A DNA stretch of 63,997 nt, counting the filler, from Rhizaria sp. SCN 62-66 (taxonomy: Eukaryota): the NCBI GenBank assembly GCA_001724265.1. It is 5 parts of 5 records of this genome, joined end to end, with 100 filler letters (N's around TTAATTAATTAA, not from the genome) between each part and the next. Parts side by side here need not be neighbours in the genome. Positions count along the whole stretch, not along the records: positions 14,336 to 28,541 come from MEDY01000513.1; positions 28,642 to 42,667 come from MEDY01000514.1; 3 more parts are not named here. One strand, given 5' to 3'. Positions 25,552 through 37,362 of the stretch are shown here, in pieces. Position numbers and translations under genes: made by a program. Every line of letters starts with the position of its first letter. Within the stretch, counting starts at the first letter, position 1. The notes under the pieces were generated by a model, which was given only the letters and a program-made list of their open reading frames with translations, searched no databases and was not told the origin of the DNA.

Positions 25552-27681
25552 TCGAGCGCTGCTAGTGCCGCTGCCAACAGGGATTACTCCGACAGCAACG
25601 ACATGCTGCCTTGCGACCTCGCGTCGCGCCTCTCGGCCGCCCCCGCGGGCTCTAAGGCCAAGGCCGGCGCCAGTGCCAGTGCTGTGGCTGCTGCTGGCGG
25701 TGTGACCGCGTCCGCTACCGCGAGGGCGGCCGCTCTCGCCGCCTCGTACCCTTGGTGGGACGGGAGTGACCCCCTCACTCACGCCATGGCTGACGCAACC
25801 CCAAGCTCCGGCTCCTGCTCGACTGGCGCCAGTGCGTTGGCGGTTGCGCTGACCGCAGCCGACGCCGCCGCCGCGGCCGCGAGCGAGGAGTGCCTCTGCG
25901 GCGCCCACGCCCGCGGGCTCGTCGCCGCCGTGCGCCAAGCGCTCGTGCTCTTCGATTACGATGATGACTGTGAGCAGTATGAGCCAGGCCCCACGCACAC
26001 AGCGTACCCGGCCCGGTGCGGCCGGTCGCTGCGCGCTGCGCTGGGCCGCGCCCGCTGGGTGCCCGTGAACGCGGTCGAGCACACAAAGGCCTGGGCCGAG
26101 TACCTTGCGGAGGGCCTCGGGCTCACCGTCAGCGGCGGCAATAGCAATCGCGGCAGCGACGGGAACGCTAGCAGTTTTAGCAGCGGCAATGGCAGGGGCG
26201 CTAAGCGCGCGCTCGAGCAGGACCTAGAGCAGGAGCAGAAGTCGCTGCCGTGCAAGACTGAGAGTGGCGCTAGCGCTGCTGATGATGATAGTGACCTGCT
26301 TGAAGTCAAGCGCTCTCGTCTGTCTCTCAACGCGAGCGACGCAAGTGAAGCGATCGTCAAAATTGAGGCGCCTTCGCAATTCCATGACAACAACGGCATC
26401 GACAGCCTCTTTATTATCAACACGAGTGCTATCGACACCGATGTTGACGTGGACCTCACTGTGTCGTGGCTGCAGTCCCGCGCGCCCCACATCATCAATG
26501 AGGGCGACCCTTACACCGCTAAGTGCACTGCAGTCAAGAGCGACACCAAGAGCATCACTAAGGTTGAGTCATCAGAGACTGAGTCAAACGCCGCCGCGGC
26601 CTTGGCGGCCACTGCGGCGTCGCTGGCCGCCGCCGCCGACGCGGCCGGACTGGCCTCGCTCGACGCGCTGGCCGCACTCACCGAGTGCCTGTCGCTGGCC
26701 AGCGCGCTGGAGGACTCCACCGCGCTGCTGGTCGCTTCGCATGGCGGCCTCGTCTACCCCGGCCTCTCGCGCGCCAGGGCCAGCGCGCGCGCCGCGGGCA
26801 CGTCGGCCGCCGCGCCGCTGCGCCCTGCCGTCCCCGTCTTGCTGCGCCATAGTACCGAGGCGGGCGCTGAGGCCGAGGGCGGCTGGGCGTGCCAGTCGGG
26901 CTGGGGTGCCGAAACCAAGCCCACCTGGTTCCTGCCTGCCACAGGTGCAACCGCCGGCGCAAGCTCTGACGCTAATTCTAACGAGGAGGACCGCAACGAC
27001 TGTCGGCGCTCGGCGCTGGCGCGCGCCTACCACGTACACCGCGCGATGTCCGCCGTGCCCTGCGCAGGCTCCCGCGGCGGCGGCGGCCCCGGCGCGCGCG
27101 CCGCCGCGGCCTTCTGCGGCGGCACGCTCGGCGAAACGGGCTCGACGCTCTGCGCGGGCGGCGCCGGCACGGGCGCGGCGCCGGCCTGGGTCTGGACGCC
27201 GCCACAACCGCAGCGGCTGCACTCGATCCAGGGCAGCAACGGCAGCGCCGTTTCATCGCTGCTGCAGTCTACCTTAAGCTCTGGCACGGCCGCATCCTCC
27301 CCGGTCCCCGCTGCCCACGGCTCCTCTGCTGCCGCCGCCGCCGCCCATTGCCAGAGCCAGAGCCACTCTCTGTTGGGCGCCTCCGTGTCGGTCACGCAGT
27401 CGGTGTTTCCCCTCGGCGACAGCGCCGATGACTACGAGGTCGGCTCCTACGTCGCCCTCGCTGAGGCCTCCGCCGCCGCAGCCGCCGCCACCGCCGCCGC
27501 AGCCGCCGCGGCCGCCGGCGGGGCTGCGCGTGTCTCTGCCGCCGCGGCCGCGCTCGGCGCTGCCCACTCCAACAGCAGCAACAGCAGTAGCAGCAGCAGT
27601 GCTGTGCCGTCGCTTCTGACGCCCTCAGCCCTCGCCTCCGGCCCCAGCTCCAGCAGCAGCAGCAGCAGCAGCAGCAGTGCC

Positions 27682-27719
<38 letters not shown>

Positions 27720-28541
27720 GGCAGGGGCCAGCAGCGAAGGCAGCGCCGAGGGCGGCGCGAGCTACGGCGGCGACGAGGCCCTCTTCGAGACGACGGTGGC
27801 CTTCGACGCCGCGACGGCGCTCGCACGCGAGGCCGCGGCGGCCGTGGCGGCCCTCGCGGCGGCCGCGGCGGCGCGGCAGTGCGCGCATGCGGAGGCCGTC
27901 GTCGCCGCCGCCGTCGCTGCGGCTGACAAAGCGACTGCTGCCGGCGAGAACAAGCGCGGCGACCGCAGCAACGACTCTGCTCCTGATGGTGTTCGCGCTG
28001 CTTGTGACCGTGCATGGTACTCGCATGCTGATATCACGGCCGTGCTCGACGCTGTTGCCACCTCTGAATACTCCGCGACCGCTGCAGTCAAGAGCTCCGC
28101 CCCCAGTGCCTCTGTGAGCTTCTATGTCGCGGCCCCCGCCCCGTCGCGCGCGCGCCGCAGCCACGACTCGGCCGCGGCCCTCGCGCAGCTCGTCCTGGAC
28201 GCCAGCGCCGGCGCCAGCAGCGGGAGCCGCAGCGCGGCGTGCGCTGCGCTGGGTCCCGTTGCGGGCGCGGGGCTGGCGGGCGACTGCGCCGCGCTGCTGG
28301 CTGCCGTTGCGGGCGCGGACGCGCGCGCGCGCAGGGAGACTGCCGCGGCCAACGCAGCCGCCGCGGAGGCTTTTGCGCTCTCGCAGCAGCAGCAGCAGCA
28401 GCAGGGCGGCGGCGGCGGCGGCGGCGCTGAGGAGGCCGACGTCTACGACAGCGAATGCGACGACGATGACGATGACGACTACGGCTACGGCGGCAGGCAG
28501 CAGCAGAAGCAGAAGCAGCAGCGCGCCGCCGCCGCTGCCGC
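15463..28541 (+). CDS. ATAD5: ATAD5/ELG1 (RFC-like PCNA unloader large subunit), greatly expanded, 3'-partial
   Basis: Walker A LILLGPSGCGKS, then LELGPDARRSGRDVAAVFDDASQSRRV (compare ELG1 EVNASSQRSG..L.EATQSH.V). Walker-B region LHLDSVDVTHGDDAGLPRAVAALMAATRRPLLLSC (compare EEVD...DAGF..A...M.TTKRP). FPAVAHV motif also present. Single open frame of more than 4300 codons up to the gap. Confidence 0.82.
27652..27728 (+). repeat. Coding microsatellites (AGC)n and (GCGGGC)n, encoding poly-Ser and (GA)n
   Basis: Directly visible; typical of many such tracts in exons across the window. Confidence 0.9.
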
Positions 28542-28641
28542 NNNNNNNNNNNNNNNNNNNNNNNNNNNNNNNNNNNNNNNNNNNNTTAATTAATTAANNN
28601 NNNNNNNNNNNNNNNNNNNNNNNNNNNNNNNNNNNNNNNNN
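28542..28641. other. Artificial contig linker
   Basis: N44-TTAATTAATTAA-N44. Confidence 0.97.
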
Positions 28642-28890
28642 GGGCATCGTCGCTGCCGGGGCCGGCATTAATGCAGCGGGGGCGGGCATCGTCGCCGCGG
28701 GCGCGGGCATCGTCGCTGCCGGGGCCGGCATCAATGCAGCTGGGGCGGGCATCGTCGCCGCGGGCGCGGGTTGCATCGCGGCCGGCGCGGGCATTGTTGC
28801 CGCGGGGGCCGGCGCAAGCGCGGCGGCGGCGGGCATATTTGCGGCGGCAGCTGGCGTCATCGCTGCAGCAGCGGGCATGTTCGCAGCGGC
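28642..28890 (-). repeat. 21-bp coding minisatellite with a 63-bp higher-order unit
   Basis: 28642-28704 and 28705-28767 are near-identical 63-mers (MPAPAAT-MPAPAAL-MPAPAAT). The repeat decays toward 28890. Confidence 0.9.
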
Positions 28891-30102
28891 AGCAGGGGCG
28901 CCCGCCGCCGCAGCGTAGTTGGCGCTGGCGCCGTCGGCCATGATAGGCGACGCAGGCGCGTACCACATGCCGCCCTCGTAAGTCCCGCGCGCGCTGTTGG
29001 CAGTGCCCGGGCCTCGTGTGTATCGAATCGCGTGGGGGTCGGTCACGCGGCGAAAGGGCGCGACGTCGAAGCTCGAGTCCATGCTGTATGTGCTGCCCCA
29101 AGACGGCGAGCCCGCCGCGCCCGCAGGCGGGATGACGCGGCCCGCCGACCACGAGTACGCGCCGCGGCTGGAACCCGTGCTTGCGCTGTTGCGCGGGATG
29201 CGCACGCTCGCGGTCGCGGGGACCGAAGACGACGAATCTAGCGCGGCCAAGGTCGTCGCAGGCGTGCCGGCGGCTGCGGGCAGCGCGCTTGCGCTCGCAC
29301 TCTCGGCGTGAGCTACGTCATTGTTTACGCCAGCGTTGGTAGGGTTGTCAGCCGCGTCGGGCTTTTCGGCACTAAGCTTGTCAGTGTCAGCGTTACTGGC
29401 ACGATTCGCTGCAGCACTGGTTGCAGGGTTGTTACCCTGGTTGACAAACGTTGTGGTCGCCATCTCAGTCATCCCGATGATCTTGCCCTTAGCGGCAATG
29501 CTGGCCTTGTCAGCCGGGTTTGCCTCTGTCGCAGTCGTCACGATCGGCGTTGCGACCTCGACGGAGCCTGGGTTGACGGCCTGCAGCGCGCTGAACATCT
29601 CCGTGATTATCTCCTTTTCGCGGGCCTCGTTGCGCGGGAACGTGGCGACGGCGAAATAGCGGTACTCGACGGGCTGCAGCAGCAACTCGGTGCTCTTCTC
29701 GCGGTCACGCTCGCGGTCACGAGCGCGGGCGCGGGCGAGAGCGCTGCCTTCGCGCACTGCACTTGTCCGTGAGCTAGATCGCGGACGGCGGGCGCGAGCG
29801 GCCAGCTTGTCCTTGTCGCTGCTGTTCGCGGCGGCCTCGAGCTGGTCGTATAGGTTCTGGCGCTTAATCAGAGCCGCTGTGACCGAGCTCAGCACGGGCC
29901 GCGAGGATGAGATCGCGGCGGTGCGGCGTGCGGCCTCTTGGCGCGCGCGGAAACGCGGGGGAAGCCGAGGTGCGGAGGATTCGAGCGCTGTTGTAGTCGT
30001 TGTTGCAGGAGGAGTTCCTCTTGTTGCTGCTGCGGTCGCTGCGGCAGAAACGGCCAATAGGGAGGCGAGGAAGAAGAGGATTAGAAAGACGGATAGCTGC
30101 AT
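28642..30102 (-). CDS. Secreted protein with a C-terminal MPAPAAT/L tandem repeat, 3'-partial
   Basis: Signal peptide MQLSVFLILFFLASLLAVSAA from ATG 30102; the frame is open to the gap. Confidence 0.8.
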
Positions 30103-30786
30103 TATGCGCGGTAGGCGCACTCGCAGCGTCATCTGATTGCAAGTGAATCAAATGAAAATAAGTGGAGTAACTTGAAGTAAGTGGTAATATGTCGAAGAGA
30201 GGCGCGAGAGGGAAGTGAAATTGAGATCAAGAGAGTGGGATCGACGAAGTGACGAGCGAAAGATGGAACTTGAAAGAGAACTTAAAAGAGAAAGATAATA
30301 AAGGTCTATTGTAAAAGATTGAAGCGCATCGAACAACGAATAATGTTGTTGCGCGACTTAAAGAACAGGAGAAACATGGCCCGCATCCAATTGATACCAT
30401 AGATCACGAGATATCGAGAACAACAGTCCATCCTTGCCATTCCCTCTGCGTGTGATGCGAGCTCACAGTCACTTCACTTGACGCAGCCAGTTTGTCAACA
30501 AAAGTGAAGAATACTCTTGATATAACCTACGTTATAGGAAATGCACAAATAGAAACACGTGACAAACCATATGGTAAATGATGTCATCAGCGTGCATTCA
30601 CATTACCTTCCACGTTCCTCGTGCCAACCGACTTAATGAAGGCTCTAAACACTTTTTCAAGTTGTTATCACTGAACAAATGACGCTAAAGCATGTGCTAA
30701 ACCATAGACTGTACACTATTTTCAAATCTCAATAAATACATATACTAGTATCTTGTTAAATATATTCTCCTCACAAGTCAGAGAAC

Positions 30787-31943
30787 TCACTTCTTGTCCG
30801 CATCAACCTCCTCAGCATTCACATGAGCATCCGCACCGTTACCGGTGTCGTTGCCCTTGCTGCTGTTGCTGCTATTGCTGCTGCTGCTGTCGCCCTCCTT
30901 GGTCGTAAGCTCCTCGCGCATATCGATGAGCTCCAGGCGCCCCTTGCCCGCCGTGGCGTCAAGCCCCAGCCTGCGCACGAGGTCGGGGAACTCGCGGGTC
31001 ACCTCCGCCGCGGTCAGAGGCGCAGTGTAGCTCAGCGCGGCCGCGGCGGGCTTAGCCGCACCCGTCGCGGCCTTGATTGCGGCGGCGCGGGAGGGCCGCG
31101 CCTTCCCGCTGCTGGCCGCCGTCGCAGCAGGAGCAGCCGCTGCCGCAGCAGGAGCAGCAGCGCTAGCAGCGTTGTTGTTATTGTTGTTGTTACTGAGGTG
31201 GCTAATGGGCGAGAGACGCGCAATGGCCTGCTCGACGGCGGCCACGAGCGCGGGGTCCTGCTGCCCGCCCGCGGCTGCGCTCTCGGCCGCCACGGCCCTC
31301 AGCGCAGCAGACGCTGCGCTTGCCACAGCGTCAGCGTCCGGCGCCGCCGCGGCAGCCGCTGCGGGGACCGACGGGGCCGCCTGGCGCAGCGCCGCCGCGG
31401 TGAAGCCGGGGCCGCCGGCGGAGACGGGGTAGCCGTTAACTAGGCGCGCGGCGGGCGCAGCGGGCGGGGAGACTTCGGGGAATTCGAGCGCGTTGAGGCG
31501 GCGCTTGTTGGACGCTTCGAGCTCTGTCTTCTTGCGCTCGAACTGCACGCGCATGTTCTTCAGCGCCTGGATGGCAGAGACGTCGCCCTTGGAGGCAGCG
31601 TACTCAGTCCAGCGGCGGGCCTGGACCGGGTTGTGTGCGATTTGGCCCCAGCCGGAGGGACGGTACTGCATCTCGGCAACTTGCACCATTGCTTCCGTCT
31701 CGCCGGAGCGCGCGCGTTGCAGCAGGTCAATACTCCACTGTGGGGATAAAAGTTGAAAAAGCGGTACAAAAATAGAGCAATATATGAATTGTGGTGTATC
31801 AGAAAGAAATACTAACCAATGAAGGCGAGAGATAAAGAGAGAGCGCTGACGCGAACGGGAGGGTGCGGCAACAGGAACAGTAAAGATTGCAGAGGGATAT
31901 GATGACGTACCTTGTCAACGATTTTAGAAACAAGACGAGCCAT
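30787..31943 (-). CDS. Sel1-like repeat protein, about 327 aa; join(31943..31911,31737..30787)
   Basis: MARLVSKIVDK|WSIDLLQRARSGETEAMVQVAEMQY..GWGQIAHNPVQARRWTEYAASKGDVSA fits a Sel1 repeat. The intron is AAG|GTACGT..CCACAG, and the gene ends in TGA. Confidence 0.75.
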
Positions 31944-32465
31944 AGGGACCCGTGACATCGCTGTCCCTGCAGAGGCACGGACAGACTTCATTTGACGTTC
32001 GCTTTATCTCACGCGTATGACAAATCGGAATGCTGCTCTCGGCCTTGTCGTCACAGCCGCAAGCCCGGACTCTGATCAACGTAACCACAAACTCACTGTA
32101 CATGCGATATCTCTTCACAATCATAGTGTAACAAATTCAAACTAGGGAAATGAAATGAATTTAATGATTTCTATGTTATATCGTGATATTTCTTCCAAAA
32201 TATGATATGTATACCGCTTAAACCACCTTCCCCTTCTCTCTTCTTCCCAGCTCATCCCGACACAAAGCAACTATGTACGAGTTAGAAACACAAAAAACAA
32301 AGCTACGATATATATCCACGCGAAAGAGACCCTGCATCATTCTTTCCAAATGACTAATAAAAACTCTAGTATCACAAAATCCACCTTCCTGTCAACAAAC
32401 AAAACATAACCACTTACTCGCACGCAACCATATGCTCGCTGAGCACATTGTAATTTCCTCCCTCC

Positions 32466-35400
32466 TTAGACGGAGGCCTGCTTGAGCTGGTCCTCGACGC
32501 TGACAACCTTCAGCGGCATCACGCCGTTGCGGCACAGCGGGTTGAGGTAGTTGACGAACGCGTTAAGCGAGTCGATGCGCGACGCCGCCTTGCGCAGCGT
32601 GGCACGGGCCGCCACGCACTGCTCCTCGGTCATCTCGGCCTCGGCCTCCCCCACCTTCTCAGTGTGGTAGTCAAGACGCGCCTTGTCGACAGCGAAGCGC
32701 TCGCCGGCCTCCGCGCAGGCGGCGGCGGTGGACACGGCCAGCTCGCCCATCGAGGGGTGGAACTCAGGCAGCGACAGGGAGGCGATGACCATGACGGCCG
32801 CGCGGGAGGTCAACCCGGCCATGTGCATGCCCATGCTGTATGAACGAGGTCATTATGAAACAAAAACAAAGAAGTCGAAAAGTCAAGAGAAAATAAAAAT
32901 AAAATCAAAAAGTGAGCACAAATACATGTTTTGATAAATATATGAGAATGGTCCTGATGCATTTTAGTGTTGCCTTTAGAGTTATTAGGGACGTACCGCT
33001 CGAGCGCGACTGCGCGGGCCGAGTGGAGGAGGTAGAAGATCCAGTGCGTGGGGGGCGCAACCTGCGCGGCTTGCTGCATCGCGCGCTCCAGGAGCAGCGT
33101 CACAGAGCGACAGGCGTCATTACGACGCAAGATCGCCTCGGTGCGCGCGCGGCCGCGGCGGACCTCGTCGACCTTGTCCGCAACGGCGGCGTCCGTCTCG
33201 GCGGCCTTGACGGCGCCCGCAGCGTCCTCGGCCTCGGCGCTGGACTTGCCCAGCCCGGCGTTGGCGAGCGCGCCGCCCTCGGCCGCGCGGGTCTTGGCCT
33301 CAGCGTCCTCCTCTTTCTCCTGCTCCAGCATCATCTGCATCATCTCGTCGTCGTCCGGCATCGACACCAGCAGCTCGCGCACGCGCATGTACGCATGGAT
33401 CGCGAACGTGAGCCGCTTGGACCGCTCAACGTGCTTGGTGTCGGTCGGGGAGAGCACCATGTCCATGTTGACCGCCACGGCCGCGGCGCCGACGCCGGGG
33501 AAAGGCTTGAGCGCGTACTTGGCGTCGGCGACGGCGGCCGAGTCGCCCGGCAGCGCGGCAGCCGTCGGCGCGGGCTCCAGATTGCCGCTGGTGGCGTTGT
33601 ACATCACGGGCTTGATGCCGAAGGGCGCGATCACCTCGTGGTGCTCCGTCGTCGCGGGCACCAGCAGCGGGATACAGCGCACTGCGCCGGGGGTCGCGAT
33701 GTCCGCGCCCGCGGCCAGGGGCGCCGGGAGCGGCAGCACGCCCGCCTTGTCGGCCGAGCCGAGGCGGGAGATGCGCCACGCCTCGGCGGCAGCGGCCTCC
33801 AGGCTGGTCGCGACGTCCTATTGAAGCGCGAGATGGAAAAGTTATAAAAGGCGTATTGGAAGACATATATGTGAGTGAATTGAGATAAAAATTGGAAAAT
33901 AGACTAATGACACGATAAATATCAAACTTTTAAATTTCATGTGAGTTCATAAATATATATATGATGGAAACACACCTGGAAAGAGGAGATGGCGCAGCGG
34001 GGCACGGGGCCGTCGCCGTGCGCAATGGCCTCGACCTCGTCGGGAGTGCCCGCGAAAGGCAAGATCATCGACAGGAAAGGGTCCGACACGAGCGACTCGT
34101 AGGGGCCCATGCACAGCCCGACGCTGGTCTGCGCCAGCGCCGTGTACGGATGCACGTAGAGGCCCGCGGCGCGCATCATGATGGCGCCACGCTCCTCGAA
34201 CCAGCGCTCGGCGGCGGCGCCTTCGGTGGCCTGCTCGTCGGCCTCGATGATCGCCTTGGCCTTGGCCACGGTCGCCGCGTCCACCAGGCCGGCGGCCGCC
34301 AGCACCGTCGCCAGCGTCGGCGGGTCTTCGCGCTCCTTGTCGTCCTTCTTAGCGTCCTTATCATCCTCCTTCTTGGCGTCCTTGGCGTCCTTCTTGTCCT
34401 TGTCCTCGCCCTCCTCCTTGTCGTCGCCGGGAGTGTTGACGTTGTAGACGCCGTTGAGCAGCAGACTGCGCAGCGCGAAGCTGCGGTTGCGGGCCTCGGC
34501 GAGCCCGGCGGCGGTGCTGGCGGGGTACACGAAGCCGCCCGACGCGATGCCCACCATCTCGGAGTCCTTGGGCAGGGAACGCAGGAACTCGCGCTCGGAC
34601 TGGCCTGTCGCCAGCGCGATCGAGTGCTTGTCCTGGGTCTCGAGGACGAGCGCCTCGCGGATGGGAACCCACGACTCGTACTCCTGTAACGAGGTTGATC
34701 AGCAACAAAAAGTGAGAAAAGTGTGAAAAAGGATTAAAAGGATTAAAAAATATATTCAAAAATCGGTTCGTTTCGTGTTATTTTCGGTCGTTGTTTGTCG
34801 TGTTGTTGTACCTTAGCGCGGACGGCGGCGGCGGTATCAGGGCCGACCTTGGTGGTGAGCTGCGCGGGGATCGCGGGCCCCGACTCGAGCGTGCAGCGCG
34901 GGCACACGCAGACGAAGCCGTGTGTGGCCTTGGTCATGCCGCGGCGGAACATAGGCAGCCACGGCAGGTACTCCATGCCGTCGGTGCTCACCATCGGCAC
35001 GTAGTTAAACGTGATCTCCTCGCCGGGCGCCACGTCGCGCGCCGCCGTGACGACGCAGAAGAGCGAGACGGGCGCCTCGCCAGACAGCACCGAGCCCGCC
35101 TCCTGGGCAGTGACCGACGTGCCCGCCGTCACCGAGGCCGGGTTCGCGCCAGCGGTTGCGGTGGAGCCCGTGGAGAGCTTGACGGCCGCGGTGAGCGCGG
35201 CGAGCCGGCCCGGCGTGGGCACGTGGCCGAAGTGGGGCGCCGCGATCGGCGAGCACGAGTGGTTCAGCAGCGCCAGCGCGGGGAAGATCGCCAGCGTAGG
35301 CTGCGTCGCCTGCGGGATGAGCGCGACACGCTTCGTGCCGTTACGGACCGAGATGACCGGGATGCCGGCGGGGGGCTCGGCGCCCTCGGGGACCTCGACG

Positions 35401-37013
35401 AAACGCATGCTGAAATGCAGAAGCGCAAAGTGTGACAAAAGTGAGAAAGGTAGCTTTGGCAGAATATATGTTACCATAGCGCAATAACCTAAAGTATACG
35501 AAATTACATCGGAAATGAGATATAAAAACACAAATACGAATTGATTTTAGTGTTATCTTTGGATAGCAAAGTACGTACCGAGGCGCGGTGCCGATGGGGG
35601 CGGTGGACGTGGAGACGCCAGCGAAGGCGGGCGCGGCGAGAGCCTTCTCACTGCCGGGCACATAGAAAGGGAGCTCGCCGTGAGCAACGACGGAGTTGAA
35701 GCGCGCGATGTGGACACAGCGCTCGAGCACGGCCATGCCCATGGGCGACTGCAGCAGTGTGGCGAGCTTCTTCTGCGAGGCGGGCGGGAACGGCGTCACG
35801 GGGGACGGGACCGAGACCTTGGCCTTGTCGACACCCGGCGCGAGCAGCGGGTTCGGCAGCTGAAGGCGGGAGACGTCCGAGACCGAGGGGAAGAGGTTCG
35901 CGGCCGAGATCGGCAACACGGACGATGCGGGCAGCGTGTCCGTCTCCTCGCCGGTCGTCTTGACGTCCTTGGCGGAGTCCTTCTTGGCGGCGAGAGCGGC
36001 GGCGGCGCCCTTCTTGGGGGCGTTGGGGTCCACGCCCAGCGCCTCGGCTGAGATGCGCGGGGGGTTCGCCAGCGCCGGGCGCGTAGGCAGCTCCAGCGTC
36101 TCGACAAACGGGAACGGGGTCGCGCCCTCGTTGGTCATCGACCACAGGAGGGACACGCCGAGCTGCGTGTTGCCCTGTTGTCGTCGTAAAAGCAACAAAT
36201 TGAAGGAGATATAACGAAGTAGTGTGTGTGAGTTACGAGTTAAAACAGGTGAATACATGTAGTAAATAGAGTAAAGTCTCATAATATAGTGTGTTTTGTT
36301 GATATAATAAGATATAAATGTAGAATTATGTTGTTATATAAAGTGCAACATCGAGTTGCGCAAGTTGCGTTGTGTTTGATATCGTGTGATTTTGTGCGAC
36401 ATACCTGCTGAGCATGTTCGAGATCGCAGACAGCGGTGGCAGCGGGGACAGCCTTGATAATGACAGTGCCTAAGTAGAGTCAAGCACAACAAAGCAAAGT
36501 CATACACAACAAGTTATGTTGCCAAGAGAACAAGATTGGATATGAGTGTGAGTGCAAGTGCGCGTGTAAGCATAAGCAAGAACGATCAATATCAAACGCT
36601 TTTAAGACCAAAAGCGCAAGCAACAAGACGAACAGTGCGTACTCTACACTGGCGTAGTTGTTTGCAGCGTCGAAGAAAGAGAGACGTACCGGCGGGGATG
36701 AAGGACTTAGCGTAGACGCCACGCTTTCCGGGCTGGTAGACGACGTTGAGGTCGGGGTGGTACCAGTCGGAGTAGAAAGACTCCTGGGGAGTGCCCTCGT
36801 ACTCCTTGATGCACGAGGGCTTGTTGTTGATAACAGCCTTCTTGGGCTGCTGTGACTGTAAGCATGACGCAAGGGACGGGGGCAACAGGCAAAGTGGAGA
36901 GATAGCGGAGGAGAAGCTTGGAGTGAGCAAGTGACAGAGGAATACGAACGCAGTTGATCGTCATTAACATTTGTTTACCTCAATTCGTGTAGATTACTAC
37001 GTATACGTACCAT
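32466..37013 (-). CDS. SET-domain lysine methyltransferase (SMYD-like split SET plus post-SET), about 1108 aa; join(37013..37011,36855..36690,36469..36405,36174..35579,35409..34812,34683..33976,33817..32997,32835..32466)
   Basis: N-SET GKRGVYAKSFIPAG-TVII, core IFPALALLNHSCSP, C-SET AARDVAPGEEITFNY and post-SET HGFVCVCPRC. All seven introns are GT-AG with consistent phases; total 3327 nt ending in TAA. Confidence 0.88.
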
Positions 37014-37362
37014 TTCGAAAAGAAAAAGGTCTAAAAGAACTTAAACTCCGACGCAAATCACGCGTTTCACTTCCCGTCACGACGCACTCCGACCGGCCAT
37101 CCAACGGCCCACGTCGCTCTGCACACCGTCGCCAGACCGCCGCCCACGGTCACCTTGGCACACCACAAACGCAAATCGAGGCGCTAAAACGAGATGTTTG
37201 ATTGCCTCGTGTTGTGGTATTGCAACTGAGCGAATTAATAATGTATTTTTTAGACTATCAAACATTTTTCAAAACTAAATAAACTGTCAAATTACTTAAA
37301 CCCCACGACTTCATCGAGATATACCTCCAGATAACGTAAGAATAAGGCACTGCGACGCCAAT

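Noticed and set aside
15375-28430. Many long antisense and alternate-frame ORFs over ATAD5 (likewise over MMS19 and the cNMP gene)
   Set aside because: These are expected shadows of very GC-rich, repeat-rich coding DNA and carry no motifs of their own.
28642-28890. CRISPR-like array
   Set aside because: The units are contiguous with no unique spacers and are in-frame coding repeats.
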